Shown here: one piece after another, positions 19,254-29,030 of the stretch
Numbering within the stretch: the stretch's first letter is position 1
Layout: each line of letters starts with the position of its first letter
From: a virus
DNA: 64,000 nucleotides
Strand: one strand, 5' to 3'
IMG/VR virus record: IMGVR_UViG_3300031521_000001
The notes under the pieces: generated by a model
What the model was told of the DNA's origin: nothing
The model's input: only the letters and a program-made list of their open reading frames with translations
Databases searched by the model: none
Made by a program: the position numbers and the translations under genes

Positions 19254-19965
19254 TAAATTAGGAATAGGTATAATGACTTCCATAAATTTAAAAGATAGAT
19301 ATATGGCATGTAAAAATACATGGGTATTAGATTTTGATAATATTTTTTTATTTGGAGGTGATTCTGAAGATGATAATTTAATAAGATTAAAAAATGTTGG
19401 AGAAGATTACAATAGTTGCTTTCTTAAACAACAATTAGGATTAAAGTATATTTACGAAAAAAATGATGAACTTGATTGGTACTGTATGGTTGGCTGTGAT
19501 ACTATTCTATATAAAAATAATATAATAGAAGAGCTATATAAATTTAATAGAGACGATGATTTATTTTTAGGACAATCAAACAATCACTTAGTAGTCAACA
19601 GCACAAAAATATTGGCTGTAGCAGGTGGAGGTGGCTTTTTTATTAGTAATTCATTAATGAGAAAAATATATCCGAAAATTTCAGAATTTAATGATACTTG
19701 GAAATTTTTATCTGATTCTAATAAATTACCAGTACCATATGCAATAGCAGATATAGCAATAGCTTATATGATCAAGATATATTTTAATATAGACTTAATT
19801 CATATATCAGGTATGTTCTCTCAGAATCCAAGCAAATATGTAAAAAGTAACAATTATTGTTTCTTGAATGATAATGATATAAATAGATTAAATTCTCCAT
19901 TGTCTTATCATTATATTAAACCAATTGAAATGAATGATATATATAATAAATACAAAAAAACATAA
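19246..19965 (+). CDS. Fringe/GT31-like glycosyltransferase
   Basis: CKNTW, DWYCMVGCDT, AGGGGFFIS, DIAIAY, PLSYHY motifs. Confidence 0.65.
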   Translation: MIDKLGIGIMTSINLKDRYMACKNTWVLDFDNIFLFGGDSEDDNLIRLKNVGEDYNSCFLKQQLGLKYIYEKNDELDWYCMVGCDTILYKNNIIEELYKFNRDDDLFLGQSNNHLVVNSTKILAVAGGGGFFISNSLMRKIYPKISEFNDTWKFLSDSNKLPVPYAIADIAIAYMIKIYFNIDLIHISGMFSQNPSKYVKSNNYCFLNDNDINRLNSPLSYHYIKPIEMNDIYNKYKKT

Positions 19966-19968
19966 AAA

Positions 19969-21000
19969 ATGAATTTTTTTAATTTAGATCTACATATATC
20001 AGTTATAGCAGATATTAAACAAATATTTAATGATTTAGGTCATGAAATAAATATAAATTATTTATCAAATCATGCTTGGGTATTTAATAAATTACCAAAT
20101 AACAATTACATAGTCAATCAATCAAATTGGAAAAATATTACGCCAGAAATATGTGATAATTTTTATATAAATCATAGGAAAGAATTAGAAAAATATGATG
20201 GGTTTATTGTTACTCATATTCCTATGATTTCTCTATTATATGAGAAATTCAATAAGCCAATAATTTTTGTAGCCAGTACTAGATATGAATATCCTTTCAC
20301 AAATGATGAAACAAGATGGAAATGGTTTAATAATTATATAAACAATAATAATAACATAATTACTATATCTAATAATTTATATGACAAATGGTATTGTGAG
20401 AGATTTTTAAATAAGAAATTTGAATATATTCCTAGTCTTTGTGAATATACGAATTCGAAGTACATTGAAAATAAAAATAAATCAATTTTATATTCTAGAT
20501 CAATAAAAATTAAAAATGAGAATATAATAGATAAAGAAAATATGGGCAAATATGATTGGAGTGACTTATCAAATCATAAAAGTATAATTCACATTCCATA
20601 CAATGTTTCCACTATGTCTATATTTGAGCAATATAATTCAAATATTCCACTATTATTTCCAGATAAAAAACTATTAACAGAATTATACAAAAATAAATCA
20701 TGTTTTAGTGAAATATCATATACTCAAATATTATCAAATTCAAAAAATAACACATTAAATATTAAAAATATAGATCCAAATAATATTAATGATCCAAATT
20801 TATTAAACAAATTAATAGAATATTCAGATTTTTACAATGATGATATGAATCAAATAAATTATTTTTCTTCTTTTGATGATTTGAATTATAAACTGATTCA
20901 ATTAAATTTTAATGAGATATCAGAAAAAATGAAAGAACACAATAAAGAAAAAAAAGATAGAGTATACAAAGAATGGAAAAATATTTTAAATAAATTATAA
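19969..21000 (+). CDS. Putative GT-B glycosyltransferase
   Basis: DLHISVIADIK N-terminus and IHIPYNVSTMSIFEQYNSNIPLLFP; located in the GT cluster. Confidence 0.55.
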   Translation: MNFFNLDLHISVIADIKQIFNDLGHEININYLSNHAWVFNKLPNNNYIVNQSNWKNITPEICDNFYINHRKELEKYDGFIVTHIPMISLLYEKFNKPIIFVASTRYEYPFTNDETRWKWFNNYINNNNNIITISNNLYDKWYCERFLNKKFEYIPSLCEYTNSKYIENKNKSILYSRSIKIKNENIIDKENMGKYDWSDLSNHKSIIHIPYNVSTMSIFEQYNSNIPLLFPDKKLLTELYKNKSCFSEISYTQILSNSKNNTLNIKNIDPNNINDPNLLNKLIEYSDFYNDDMNQINYFSSFDDLNYKLIQLNFNEISEKMKEHNKEKKDRVYKEWKNILNKL

Positions 21001-21010
21001 AAAATAAATT

Positions 21011-21637
21011 ATGACCAGAAAAATAGTAATCGCACATTATAAAGAAAACTTAGATTGGTGTTTAAATATTAAGGATAAATACGATATAAAAATATATTCA
21101 AAAACAAACAATAATTATAATTTTTTAGATAATAATAAAGGAAATGAAGTTCCAATGTATTTAAAATACATTATAGATAATTATAATGATTTACCAGACA
21201 GAACTATGTTTCTTCATGGTCATAATAATTCATGGCATCAAGATTATGAATCAAAATATATAATAGAGAACATAAATTGGGGCACCAGAGATTTTTTTTC
21301 TGTTAATAAACGTTCTTTATATCAAGAAATAAGCAAAAAATATACACTAAATGAAAATAAAAATGCATTTGATGATTGGATTAGGAAAAATTGGAATATA
21401 TTTCAAGATAAATTGATATTTCCAGAAGATGGATTATTTTTTTATACTGGAGCACAATTTGTAGTCTCAAAAAAATTAATATTACAATATGATATAATTT
21501 TTTGGAAAAAATTGTTTGATTGGGTGACAAGCACAAACATTAATAACGCAATAACATCAAGGATATTTGAATATACTTGGCATTATATTTTTACTAAAAA
21601 TAGAATAGAAGAAAAAATATCAAAAATATTAAAATGA
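21011..21637 (+). CDS. DUF3431-like protein (putative glycosyltransferase)
   Basis: VIAHYKENLDW, KGNE..YLKYIIDNY..LP...FLHGH..SWH, AQFVVS, FEYTWHYIF. Confidence 0.75.
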   Translation: MTRKIVIAHYKENLDWCLNIKDKYDIKIYSKTNNNYNFLDNNKGNEVPMYLKYIIDNYNDLPDRTMFLHGHNNSWHQDYESKYIIENINWGTRDFFSVNKRSLYQEISKKYTLNENKNAFDDWIRKNWNIFQDKLIFPEDGLFFYTGAQFVVSKKLILQYDIIFWKKLFDWVTSTNINNAITSRIFEYTWHYIFTKNRIEEKISKILK

Positions 21638-22191
21638 AAATAAATATAATAACACCTTGCAGTAGGCCAGAGAATTTAATGACAATATCAAAAAGCATAA
21701 ATATACCAAAAGAAAATTATAGATGGATAGTAGTTTTTGATAGAGATGAATTACCAAATAACGAATTAATCCCAAGTAATTGTGAGGTTTATCTTCATAA
21801 AAATTCAAAAAGTAAAGTAGGACACGCTCAAAGAAATTTTGCATTAGATATAATAAAAGAAAATTATGTATATTTCAATGATGATGATACAATAATTCAT
21901 CCTGATTTTTGGGAAAATGTGAAAGATTCAACTGAGGATTTTATATATTTCATTCAGGATAGAAAGGACGGTACTATTAGAATTTATAGTAATACAGTAC
22001 AAGTTGGCAATATAGATAGTCATAATTTTCTATTGAAATATGATATAATAGGGGACACAAGATGGATCATAAATAAATATGAGGCTGATGGTATATTTGC
22101 AAATGAATGTTTCAATAAATCAAAAACCAATAAGAGAATAAATAAAGTATTATCTACATATAATTACCTAAATGATGAACATCAAAAATAA
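21634..22191 (+). CDS. GT2-family glycosyltransferase
   Basis: IITPCSRP, RNFALD, YVYFNDDD, YEADG. Confidence 0.75.
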   Translation: MKINIITPCSRPENLMTISKSINIPKENYRWIVVFDRDELPNNELIPSNCEVYLHKNSKSKVGHAQRNFALDIIKENYVYFNDDDTIIHPDFWENVKDSTEDFIYFIQDRKDGTIRIYSNTVQVGNIDSHNFLLKYDIIGDTRWIINKYEADGIFANECFNKSKTNKRINKVLSTYNYLNDEHQK

Positions 22192-22205
22192 ATAATGACA
22201 TCTAA

Positions 22206-22496
22206 TTAGATGTCATTATTTTTTAATATGTTTTCTTGTTGTTCTTCTAATTCCATAATTTTAAATGAAACTTCATTATATTTCTCAACTACTTCTGGTT
22301 TAAACCAAATTGCATTTCTAGTAATAGATTCTTTGTTATCAATATCTATTAATCTAAAAATACCTTTTTCTTTCACATAAGGAAATAATCCTTTGCTCTT
22401 ATTTATGTGATATGTAGATGACATATTTCCACTACCAATAACATCACTAAAGTTAACAGATTTATATTCAGTTTCGTATATTTTTAAATGATTCAT
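22206..22496 (-). CDS. Small protein with CTS-like N-terminus (MNHLKIYE)
   Basis: ORF carrying the family motif. Confidence 0.6.
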   Translation of the reverse strand: MNHLKIYETEYKSVNFSDVIGSGNMSSTYHINKSKGLFPYVKEKGIFRLIDIDNKESITRNAIWFKPEVVEKYNEVSFKIMELEEQQENILKNNDI

Positions 22497-22502
22497 TTAA
22501 TA

Positions 22503-22703
22503 TTAATTGTTTTTATATTTTTCATTGACAAATTTATCAAAATCACAAATCAATGACTCATGTTTACGTTTCTTGACACGCTTAGGAAGTCCTTTATGTT
22601 TTGTTGAGGCAAAATCATTCGCATCTTTATTACTGATGTGTTTTGCTATTTTTTTAATTGTAGGCGACACATCTGTTAATTCTCCTTTTTGATAGGCATG
22701 AAC
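22503..22703 (-). pseudogene. DUF3008-like gene lacking its N-terminus and start codon
   Basis: Minus frame reads VHAYQKGE..SPTIKKIAKHIS.KDANDFASTKHKGLPKRV; no in-frame ATG before the upstream stop; not in the ORF track. Confidence 0.6.
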
Positions 22704-22729
22704 TATTATTAAGTAATTAAAATATTTAA

Positions 22730-23131
22730 TTATCTCATTGAGCTTAGTTTAGATAATCCATAAAAAATATCAGATATTCTAACTTTTAAAACAGAAAGTG
22801 TTTGTGAACTATAAACAGCAGATGATGAAGGTCTTTGTAAAAGTGCGGTTAACCATATTGTATCACCACGCTTAACTTGTTTTAAACTTAAATCAGTATT
22901 AAGAACTGGTCCGCCAGCAACCTCATCCAATTTTTTAATTTCATCTTTATCAGTAATCAATCCAGTAATTTGAACTATATTAACAGGTCCTGTTACTTTT
23001 TCATATTCACCATTATCTAATTTAGATATAGCAATAATATCATCAGACAAAGTATCATATTCTTTTTCTTTATCAAAGGTTTTTAATTTTTTAGATTTGA
23101 AATCATCAAATTTTGTTGTTATATCTGGCAT
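22730..23131 (-). CDS. Hypothetical protein (MPDITTKFDDF)
   Basis: ORF in the tagged small-gene array. Confidence 0.55.
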   Translation of the reverse strand: MPDITTKFDDFKSKKLKTFDKEKEYDTLSDDIIAISKLDNGEYEKVTGPVNIVQITGLITDKDEIKKLDEVAGGPVLNTDLSLKQVKRGDTIWLTALLQRPSSSAVYSSQTLSVLKVRISDIFYGLSKLSSMR

Positions 23132-23145
23132 AATTATCTTATTTT

Positions 23146-23400
23146 TTATATTGCACTGTACGTGTTTTGATATTCAATCAGAAATTCTAATATTTCATCT
23201 AAATTTTCATTCACACGATTTATATCTCCAACATATCCATAATTACCTGAATCTTTAGATTGCTCATTTGACATATTATTTAATGCTGATTTAATAATTT
23301 CTAATTTACTAATAGCAGAACTATATCCAAACATAAATTTTTTATCTACTTCAGCATTTTCTTTTATTAAATCTTCTTCTATGTGTGTAAATTTTTTCAT
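23146..23400 (-). CDS. Hypothetical protein
   Basis: ORF overlapping its neighbour by 4 nt. Confidence 0.55.
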   Translation of the reverse strand: MKKFTHIEEDLIKENAEVDKKFMFGYSSAISKLEIIKSALNNMSNEQSKDSGNYGYVGDINRVNENLDEILEFLIEYQNTYSAI

Positions 23401-23726
23401 TCTTCTTCAAATTTTTTTATTAAAGTTGGATCTTCATCAGCTTTCAAACCTGTAATATCACCTTCTGCTGCTAATTCATCATCTTCTACATCTTCTAAAT
23501 TTGTTTCATCTTCAACTACACCAAGTTCAGAGTCTTCAACTTTAACAAATGTATAATCTGATAATTCGTCAAGTATATCTTCTTCAGTAACTTCTTCATC
23601 AGTGAAGTTATTAACTATATTATGAATATCATGCAATGTTAATACATATACTCCTTCTTCAGTTGCATCAACTTCAATAGTTGATTCATTAAGTTCGTAA
23701 TTTGTGAAATTTATTATTTTTTCCAT
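23397..23726 (-). CDS. Acidic hypothetical protein
   Basis: ORF in the array; CTS-like start. Confidence 0.55.
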   Translation of the reverse strand: MEKIINFTNYELNESTIEVDATEEGVYVLTLHDIHNIVNNFTDEEVTEEDILDELSDYTFVKVEDSELGVVEDETNLEDVEDDELAAEGDITGLKADEDPTLIKKFEEE

Positions 23727-23741
23727 TTTTATTTTTATTTT

Positions 23742-24050
23742 TTATATGTTAAATTTTTTTGTGTCTTTGTATGTATCAGGATCATTTAAAAATAAAATAA
23801 AATCTGAATATTCATCTCCTGTAATTCTATACCAAGTACCTTGAGATTTTGATGGTTGATAATCTACCTGTATTCTATTATTTCTTAATATTTTAAAATC
23901 TTGTATATAAATAATATCTTCATTTTTAAATTTTAAAAAATCATATAGGCAATGTTTAATATAATCTCTCTCATCATCATTTTTCTTTAATCTATCATAT
24001 GTCCAATCTCCAAATACATTAGAATTTTCATACATTTTTAAATGTTTCAT
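23742..24050 (-). CDS. Small tagged protein (MKHLKMYE...KKFNI)
   Basis: Both family motifs present. Confidence 0.65.
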   Translation of the reverse strand: MKHLKMYENSNVFGDWTYDRLKKNDDERDYIKHCLYDFLKFKNEDIIYIQDFKILRNNRIQVDYQPSKSQGTWYRITGDEYSDFILFLNDPDTYKDTKKFNI

Positions 24051-24472
24051 CTTAATTTTAATTTTTCTAATAAATATTCTTTATATTTTTCTATAATTTT
24101 ATCAACTAAATAATCCTCATTAAATTTACTATTATCAATATCATAAATTTTTTTTTCATTTATTTTAATGTTAATATTATTTTCATTGTTATTCTTATAT
24201 GTAGATAAATTACTTATTATTTTATCTCCATTAGATAATCTTAGACTTAAATATGTTTTATATATTAAATTATTATTTTTGAAATTATCTTTTTTGAAAT
24301 ATCCAACAATTTCAGTTAATCTTATTGGTTTAGGACTATTTTTTCTTCTATATGATATAATAGAAAGTTCATGAGTTATCTTATCAATAAATTCTTTATT
24401 TTCATTTTCTACGTCAATTTTTATATCAGTTAAATCTATTTTTTCATATAATTTTTCAAATTTTGTTATCAT
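24047..24472 (-). CDS. Small tagged protein (MITKFEKLYE)
   Basis: N-terminal family motif. Confidence 0.6.
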   Translation of the reverse strand: MITKFEKLYEKIDLTDIKIDVENENKEFIDKITHELSIISYRRKNSPKPIRLTEIVGYFKKDNFKNNNLIYKTYLSLRLSNGDKIISNLSTYKNNNENNINIKINEKKIYDIDNSKFNEDYLVDKIIEKYKEYLLEKLKLR

Positions 24473-24475
24473 TTT

Positions 24476-24775
24476 TTAAAGATTGTATTTTTTTGCTTTC
24501 TCTCTAATTTCATAATCATCAATTGAGTTATCTGTTGTGAAAATTCCTCCAGCATAATGATATATAAAAATGCTATTGTGTTCTTCACGATTACTATCTA
24601 AAATTAAAATATTACAAAAATTGTTATTATCATCTTTTAATCTCATACCAAGACTAGAATCATAAACTTTATATTTTTTACCTTTCGTAAACTTCCAATA
24701 AAAATTTCCATCAAATGGACTCACACATAATAGATAATTTATTTTAGATTCATATTGTTTAAATTTTGTTATCAT
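24476..24775 (-). CDS. Small tagged protein (MITKFKQYE...KKYNL)
   Basis: Both family motifs present. Confidence 0.65.
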   Translation of the reverse strand: MITKFKQYESKINYLLCVSPFDGNFYWKFTKGKKYKVYDSSLGMRLKDDNNNFCNILILDSNREEHNSIFIYHYAGGIFTTDNSIDDYEIREKAKKYNL

Positions 24776-25448
24776 ATTGTATAATATTAAATTCTGATTC
24801 TATTTTTTTATTTTTTGATGAATTATTTGAACGTGTTGTTATACACAAATTTTCGATTCTTGATATCTCAACTGTCGATATGTTATTATCAAATCCATAT
24901 CTTATTGAATTTTTATGATCAATTGTCGGATATTTTTTATCATTACTATCTAATTTAAAATTTTCTAAAATATATTCAGTTGAATAATAATCATAACCAT
25001 TCCAATTACTCAGCAACTCTTTCTTATTTTTTAATGTTTCTCCGTAAACTGATAAATAATAATTGTAATAATCATCTCTATCTTCAACTTTTAACCATCT
25101 ACCATTTTTTATATTTGTCTCAAGTGTCTTATCTGTTACATCTTTTGACATTGTTGGATAAGGCACTCCCAATTTTTCTAAATTTGTAATATCATTTTTT
25201 TCAAATTCACATTTATTGCAAGTATCAAAATCAAATTTTTTACGTTGATTTAAATATTCTTGATATGTTATATTTTTAATTTCACCACATCTATCACAAA
25301 TAACATTTACTCTAAATTTACTATTTTTAGATAATTCATTAGAATTTATTTCTATAATATCACCATATTTTACATCATATCCTAATGATATAAAATGATT
25401 AGTATTTTTAGTTACAATTTTTATTTTTATTTTTTCTGTTATTAACAT
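24759..25448 (-). CDS. Free-standing HNH-like endonuclease with the shared Zn-finger N-terminus
   Basis: CDRCG..CNKC; YPTIDHKNS...NLCITTRSNNSSKN. Confidence 0.7.
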   Translation of the reverse strand: MLITEKIKIKIVTKNTNHFISLGYDVKYGDIIEINSNELSKNSKFRVNVICDRCGEIKNITYQEYLNQRKKFDFDTCNKCEFEKNDITNLEKLGVPYPTMSKDVTDKTLETNIKNGRWLKVEDRDDYYNYYLSVYGETLKNKKELLSNWNGYDYYSTEYILENFKLDSNDKKYPTIDHKNSIRYGFDNNISTVEISRIENLCITTRSNNSSKNKKIESEFNIIQYDNKI

Positions 25449-25462
25449 TATTATATCTATTT

Positions 25463-25804
25463 TTAAGAATTCGGTAAAACGAAATCATTAGTAACTTGAT
25501 TAGGGTTAGATGCAGGCGAATAATCTGTGCTACATGGCTGTTCCTGAGTCCAGGAAGGTCGATATGGCTCCTTTATAGAATCAGTTTTATTTATAACCAT
25601 ATTTTTATCGAATGGAATAGGCCTTTGATAAGGAAATGGATTATTAGGAACATCAAATGAAAACTGTTGATGAATTCCATCTTCTGTTACAATTTTAACT
25701 GGAACGATTTCCCTTTTATCTGTTTTAGGTACTTTATACATAATCAAAACAGTATCTCCTAAATCGAATCCACTTTGCTCAAATATTTTAAATTTTGTTA
25801 TCAT
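25463..25804 (-). CDS. Small tagged protein (MITKFKIFE)
   Basis: N-terminal family motif. Confidence 0.6.
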   Translation of the reverse strand: MITKFKIFEQSGFDLGDTVLIMYKVPKTDKREIVPVKIVTEDGIHQQFSFDVPNNPFPYQRPIPFDKNMVINKTDSIKEPYRPSWTQEQPCSTDYSPASNPNQVTNDFVLPNS

Positions 25805-25819
25805 TAAATTTTGTTGTTT

Positions 25820-26098
25820 TTATATGTTAAATTTATTAGTTGAAATTTTAATTGATTTCTCTGGCGTAATATTTTTTTTTATAATTTTTTTAAGAACATC
25901 TTGTGCATATGAATCATATTTTGCCCTATCGTCATAATAAAATATATTCATATCTTCCACATTAATCTTTGCAATAAACTCACCATCTATATCATCAATA
26001 CTTTCAAAGGCATTCAAATAGATAATATCACCTTCTATAAAATCAATATTTATCTTTACCCAAATACTTTTTTTTTCAAAATATTTTAAATATTTCAT
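25820..26098 (-). CDS. Small tagged protein (MKYLKYFE...NKFNI)
   Basis: Both family motifs present. Confidence 0.65.
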   Translation of the reverse strand: MKYLKYFEKKSIWVKINIDFIEGDIIYLNAFESIDDIDGEFIAKINVEDMNIFYYDDRAKYDSYAQDVLKKIIKKNITPEKSIKISTNKFNI

Positions 26099-26108
26099 AT
26101 TTCATATA

Positions 26109-26443
26109 TTATATATTATATTTTTTTGAATCTTTCAAAGATTTCAATTCGTCTTTATTCTCAGACCAAAATTTAAGATGATATAAATGATATTCATGAA
26201 TATATTCATAGTCAAAATAACCTAACCGTAATATTTCAGTTGGTACGTTATCAAATTTTACAACATAAACTATTTCTTTCCCTCCATGACTTCTTGGAGT
26301 CTCTATTATTTCTCCAACATTTTCATTCAAAAATTATAAATATTTATGTTATATTTTTCATATTTTTTAGATTCAATTATTACAAAATCACCTACTTTTG
26401 GCGCTACACTAATAGATTCAAACAATTTAAATTTTATTATCAT
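26109..26443 (-). pseudogene. Small tagged protein (MIIKFKLFE...KKYNI) interrupted by a 1-nt frameshift in a T5 run
   Basis: ATG at 26443 reads MIIKFKLFESISVAPKVGD...YNF then TGA; one extra T near 26330 joins it to the 26109-26330 frame. Confidence 0.6.
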
Positions 26444-27114
26444 AAATTATATTTATCTGATTTATTTTTAATAGAATCATACATCTCTTGCTTTGTTGCT
26501 TTTTTTATTATTGCACGAAATTCCACAAAAATTGACATATCCTTTTTTATCATATCAATTTTACTATAAAAATTATCTTCACTCAACTCATTAAAAAACT
26601 CATAATTTTTACCAATTTCTGTGATGTTTTTACTTTTAAATATTTTTTCTAGCTCTTCACATTTTTCTAAACTTAATGGTATAGTATAGAACATTTTATT
26701 TTCATGTTTATCGTCACCTATTAAATATAAATATAAAACATATAAATCATCATCAATATCTATTACTTTAGGTAATTCATCTTTTGTGTAATTAAATTTT
26801 TCTTTTGGATCATATATAACATAATTATCTTCATTTAAAATTATTTTTGGAAAATTTTTTAAATTATCACTAAAGTGTTGCCTAATATAATATAAATTTT
26901 TAATTTCATCATCTTCAGATAAATCATCTATATTTATACCTTCATCCTCTAAAAAATGTAAAATTGCATCTTCATCTATATCTATAGCTTCATCATCATC
27001 ATCAGCATTTCTTATAAGTTCATCCTTAAAATATTCACACAATGTTGAATTTTTTATAATATCAATAATATTATCATTACTGATATTTTCGAATAATCTA
27101 AATTTTGTTATCAT
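26440..27114 (-). CDS. Tagged acidic protein (MITKFRLFE...DKYNL)
   Basis: Both family motifs present. Confidence 0.65.
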   Translation of the reverse strand: MITKFRLFENISNDNIIDIIKNSTLCEYFKDELIRNADDDDEAIDIDEDAILHFLEDEGINIDDLSEDDEIKNLYYIRQHFSDNLKNFPKIILNEDNYVIYDPKEKFNYTKDELPKVIDIDDDLYVLYLYLIGDDKHENKMFYTIPLSLEKCEELEKIFKSKNITEIGKNYEFFNELSEDNFYSKIDMIKKDMSIFVEFRAIIKKATKQEMYDSIKNKSDKYNL

Positions 27115-27116
27115 AA

Positions 27117-27491
27117 TTAAAAATCTGTTTTTATTGCATTTGTATTTGTGTATTCTACATTTTCAGCAGATGTTTCTGTTCCTGTTTTAATCTCAATCAT
27201 ATTACTATCAGCCCAATCATAAATATCATCCCAAACTGATGTACTTTCTTCTATTTTATCTTTATTTTTAGTCATTCTATCTATTAATTCTTGCAATTTA
27301 ACCCAAGAATTTTGAGATGTTTGTTTAATTATCAAATCTTTTTGACTATTTAAAAAATTTATATAATTTTCATTAAATTTTACTAATTCATTAGAATTTT
27401 CATATAATGAATCATTCCAAATTTTGGAAATATCTAAAATTAGATTCCAATCCTGTTCTTTTTGTTCAAATATTTTAAATTTAGTAATCAT
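27117..27491 (-). CDS. Small tagged protein (MITKFKIFE), first gene of the array
   Basis: N-terminal motif; TAATATATA upstream on the minus strand. Confidence 0.6.
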   Translation of the reverse strand: MITKFKIFEQKEQDWNLILDISKIWNDSLYENSNELVKFNENYINFLNSQKDLIIKQTSQNSWVKLQELIDRMTKNKDKIEESTSVWDDIYDWADSNMIEIKTGTETSAENVEYTNTNAIKTDF

Positions 27492-27571
27492 ATTACTATA
27501 TATTAAATATATATATTGAAAATAAATATAATAATCATTTTTTTATATATAGTAAAAAATAAGTATTTTTA

Positions 27572-28966
27572 ATGCCAAACATAATAAGAATAAGAAATTT
27601 AGATAAAGAAACTAATATAACTGGTGGATTAATATTTCCTGTTGATTATAGTGGTGATACACTAAATCAAGGCTACACTTCTAATATAAAAAGAATAGAT
27701 TTAGCTCAAATTAAAGATTTTGTATTATTTGATTATACTGGCTCAACAAGTGGAACTGATGGTACATCTGGTGTAGATGGTTCTTCTGGTGTACATGGTT
27801 CAAATGGTAGTTCTGGTATATCACCTTGTCATGCATATCAATCGAATACAATAATAATATCTTATTCTTCAGTATCACAAACGCCATATATAATAACCAC
27901 TATTCCAAAAATTGAAAGTCTACCAATTTCAACTACTATACCATTTAATAGTGGTATTTGTTATATCGTTTCAGGAACAACAGGTGTAACTTTTTTTGTG
28001 ACAGGATTAACAGGTTTAACTGATTATTCATATGAATGGTATTTAAACGATAAATTAGTAAATTTAGGTAATATTTATATACTATCATATCCTAATGATA
28101 ATGATAAAATTTATTTAAAACAAATAAATTGCACAAATGTTAATAATATTATGGTCGCAGAATATTGTGCTGATTGTAATTCTGGAGTAACTGGAACATT
28201 TAGATATAGGACAGATTCATATAATTCATATTTAGAAATTTGTATGAAATCTGGTGTTGGTAATTATATTTGGTATCCTATTGTCTCAAATTCATGGGCT
28301 ACCACAACGACCACTACCACATTTCTAATTGTTAATCCTCCGATACTAATAAATGCATATATTCAAAATGGAGATATTATGATAGCATATTCTGGCGTGT
28401 CTATTAACACTCCAACAATGAAGATATGGATTTCATATGATGATAATGTCACTGGGTATCTAATTGATATAGATCCACTTACTCCTATTGTAAATATAGG
28501 GCAACAAACGAATTTCTTGAGACAAATGATGTGGTTTTGGGCTAGTGTACCAAATTCTTTATCATCAAATATTATTACTTTTGATAATTCTATTCCAGTC
28601 ACAACTACAACAACCACAACCAATGCGACTACAACAACCACAACAACCACCAACACACCAACCACAACAACTACAACGACAGTTTTTTCAAGTATAATGT
28701 ATTATTGTGTAAAAAATAGTGGAGCTAATAATTATACAGATGCATATAATTTATTTGATGTAGGATCAGCAGTACCTGTATATGTTTCTAGTATGACTAA
28801 TGGTAACCAAGTTTATGATGATTCTGAATTGACGATATTAGCATTTGATATATCATACTCGAACAAATATATCGCACTTACATCATCATTGAGTGATAAT
28901 CCAACAATATGGATATTATTATTTGAAAATAGTGATATTACAACACACGGTATCTATCAATTTTAG
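27572..28966 (+). CDS. Thr-rich (mucin-like) putative virion/fibre protein
   Basis: GTSG/GSSG linker, YCADCNS..GTFR..YLEICM module and poly-Thr tracts; paralogous to the next gene. Confidence 0.6.
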   Translation: MPNIIRIRNLDKETNITGGLIFPVDYSGDTLNQGYTSNIKRIDLAQIKDFVLFDYTGSTSGTDGTSGVDGSSGVHGSNGSSGISPCHAYQSNTIIISYSSVSQTPYIITTIPKIESLPISTTIPFNSGICYIVSGTTGVTFFVTGLTGLTDYSYEWYLNDKLVNLGNIYILSYPNDNDKIYLKQINCTNVNNIMVAEYCADCNSGVTGTFRYRTDSYNSYLEICMKSGVGNYIWYPIVSNSWATTTTTTTFLIVNPPILINAYIQNGDIMIAYSGVSINTPTMKIWISYDDNVTGYLIDIDPLTPIVNIGQQTNFLRQMMWFWASVPNSLSSNIITFDNSIPVTTTTTTTNATTTTTTTTNTPTTTTTTTVFSSIMYYCVKNSGANNYTDAYNLFDVGSAVPVYVSSMTNGNQVYDDSELTILAFDISYSNKYIALTSSLSDNPTIWILLFENSDITTHGIYQF

Positions 28967-29030
28967 ATATCAATAAATAATACCGCAAAAAAATAGAATA
29001 ATAATTTGTAAAACACAAAAAAGTATACAT

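Noticed and set aside
28363-28665. Val-rich antisense ORF resembling a membrane protein
   Set aside because: Reverse complement of the poly-Thr codons
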